Source: Chiloscyllium plagiosum
Lineage: Eukaryota
Reading direction: 5' to 3'
NCBI RefSeq assembly: GCF_004010195.1
Contig: NC_057719.1
Coordinates: 46,014,021-46,078,020 of the forward strand
DNA: 64,000 nucleotides
Position 1 is the first letter of the stretch, and every line of letters begins with the position of its first letter. Shown piece by piece: positions 63,201 through 64,000 of this stretch. The notes beneath the pieces are model-generated. The model was not told the DNA's origin and did no database searches. It was given only the letters and a program-made list of their open reading frames with translations. A program made the translations under genes and the position numbers.

Positions 63201-64000
63201 ATAAGCCTTAATGGTCTCCCACATCATCAAAGGGTTACTGGCCGTATCTGAATTAATTTCCAAAAAGGTTTTGAATTCCTGAGAAAAATATTTTATAAAT
63301 TTGCTATCCTTCATTAAGAACGAATCCATACGCCACTGTCCCATCATCCCTAGTCTTTACTTCCATATATACTGCAGCATGATCAGAAATTGCTATATTA
63401 CCTATTTTGCAGGACAATATGGAGTTCAAAAGGGTCGAGGGAGCAAAGAACATATCAATTCTAGTATGGCACTTTGTGGGTTAGAGTAGAAAGTAAAGTC
63501 TCTGTCCTGGGGGTGAAGACACCTCCACACATCTACTAGCCCTAGCTCCTTATTCAGATCTGCCAATTATCTAGATCTATGGGATATACCCATAGTACTC
63601 TTAGGTATCCTATCTGTCTCTGAGTCCATAATACAGTTAAAATCTCCTCCTATAATTGTATGGCGGGCCCCAAAAGCCATCAACATGGAGAATGCTTCCA
63701 TTACAAATTTGAAGGGGTGCGTCGAGGGCAATAAAGATTCAAAATTCCATACTCCTCTCCATATATTAGAGCTCTGATCAGTATATACCTCCCAGACTCA
63801 CCTTTTATCTGGCTTAAGATTTGGAAAGGAAGATTCTTCTGAATGAGAATGACTACTTGCCTACTTTTGGAACTGAAAGATGAGAAAAAAGCCTGACCGA
63901 ACCCACCCTGTTGCAACTTTAAGTGCTCTTTATCAGTAAATGTGTCTCCTGTAAAAGAGCTATGTCAACCCTTTCTTTTTTGAGATTTAATAATATCTTC
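60216..64000 (-). mobile_element. L1-clade LINE ORF2 (APE EN, RT, CCHC), 3' UTR and poly(A); continues beyond window
   Basis: EN: GRYILIRALIYGEEYGILNLYCP, IIGGDFN; RT: SYRPISLLNVDFKILSK, LYADD (~62260-62275); CPKC...HCLWTC; AATAAA and A-tail at ~60216-60237; frameshifts and an internal RT deletion near 62395. Confidence 0.93.

Overview
Repeat-dominated, AT-rich eukaryotic genomic DNA with three assembly gaps (33853-34423, 40388-40860, 48021-48520). The repeat set (HE1/V-SINEs, CR1 LINEs, DeuSINEs, Rex1/Babar, Penelope-like elements) points to a cartilaginous fish (shark); this is inferred from recognised families, not from a search. I can support no host protein-coding exon. Nearly all ORFs in the track are retroelement fragments, their antisense frames, or gap artefacts. 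The best finding is at 46251-47592. A solo LTR (TG...CA, 5-bp TSD ACCAT) sits inside a CR1 and is split at its TATA box by three poly(A)-tailed retro-inserts, each bounded by the same 13-bp word ATAAACTGGAAGT (4 copies). One of these insert families recurs at about 29.1-29.45 kb in front of similar LTR-like sequence. This suggests non-LTR retroelements that target an LTR promoter site-specifically. The window also has many Penelope-like fold-back insertions with minimal hammerhead ribozyme motifs and family-specific 14-bp or 12-bp TSDs, a perfect 113-bp local inverted copy, and several repeat-free blocks that may be regulatory. Boundaries of degenerate repeats are approximate.
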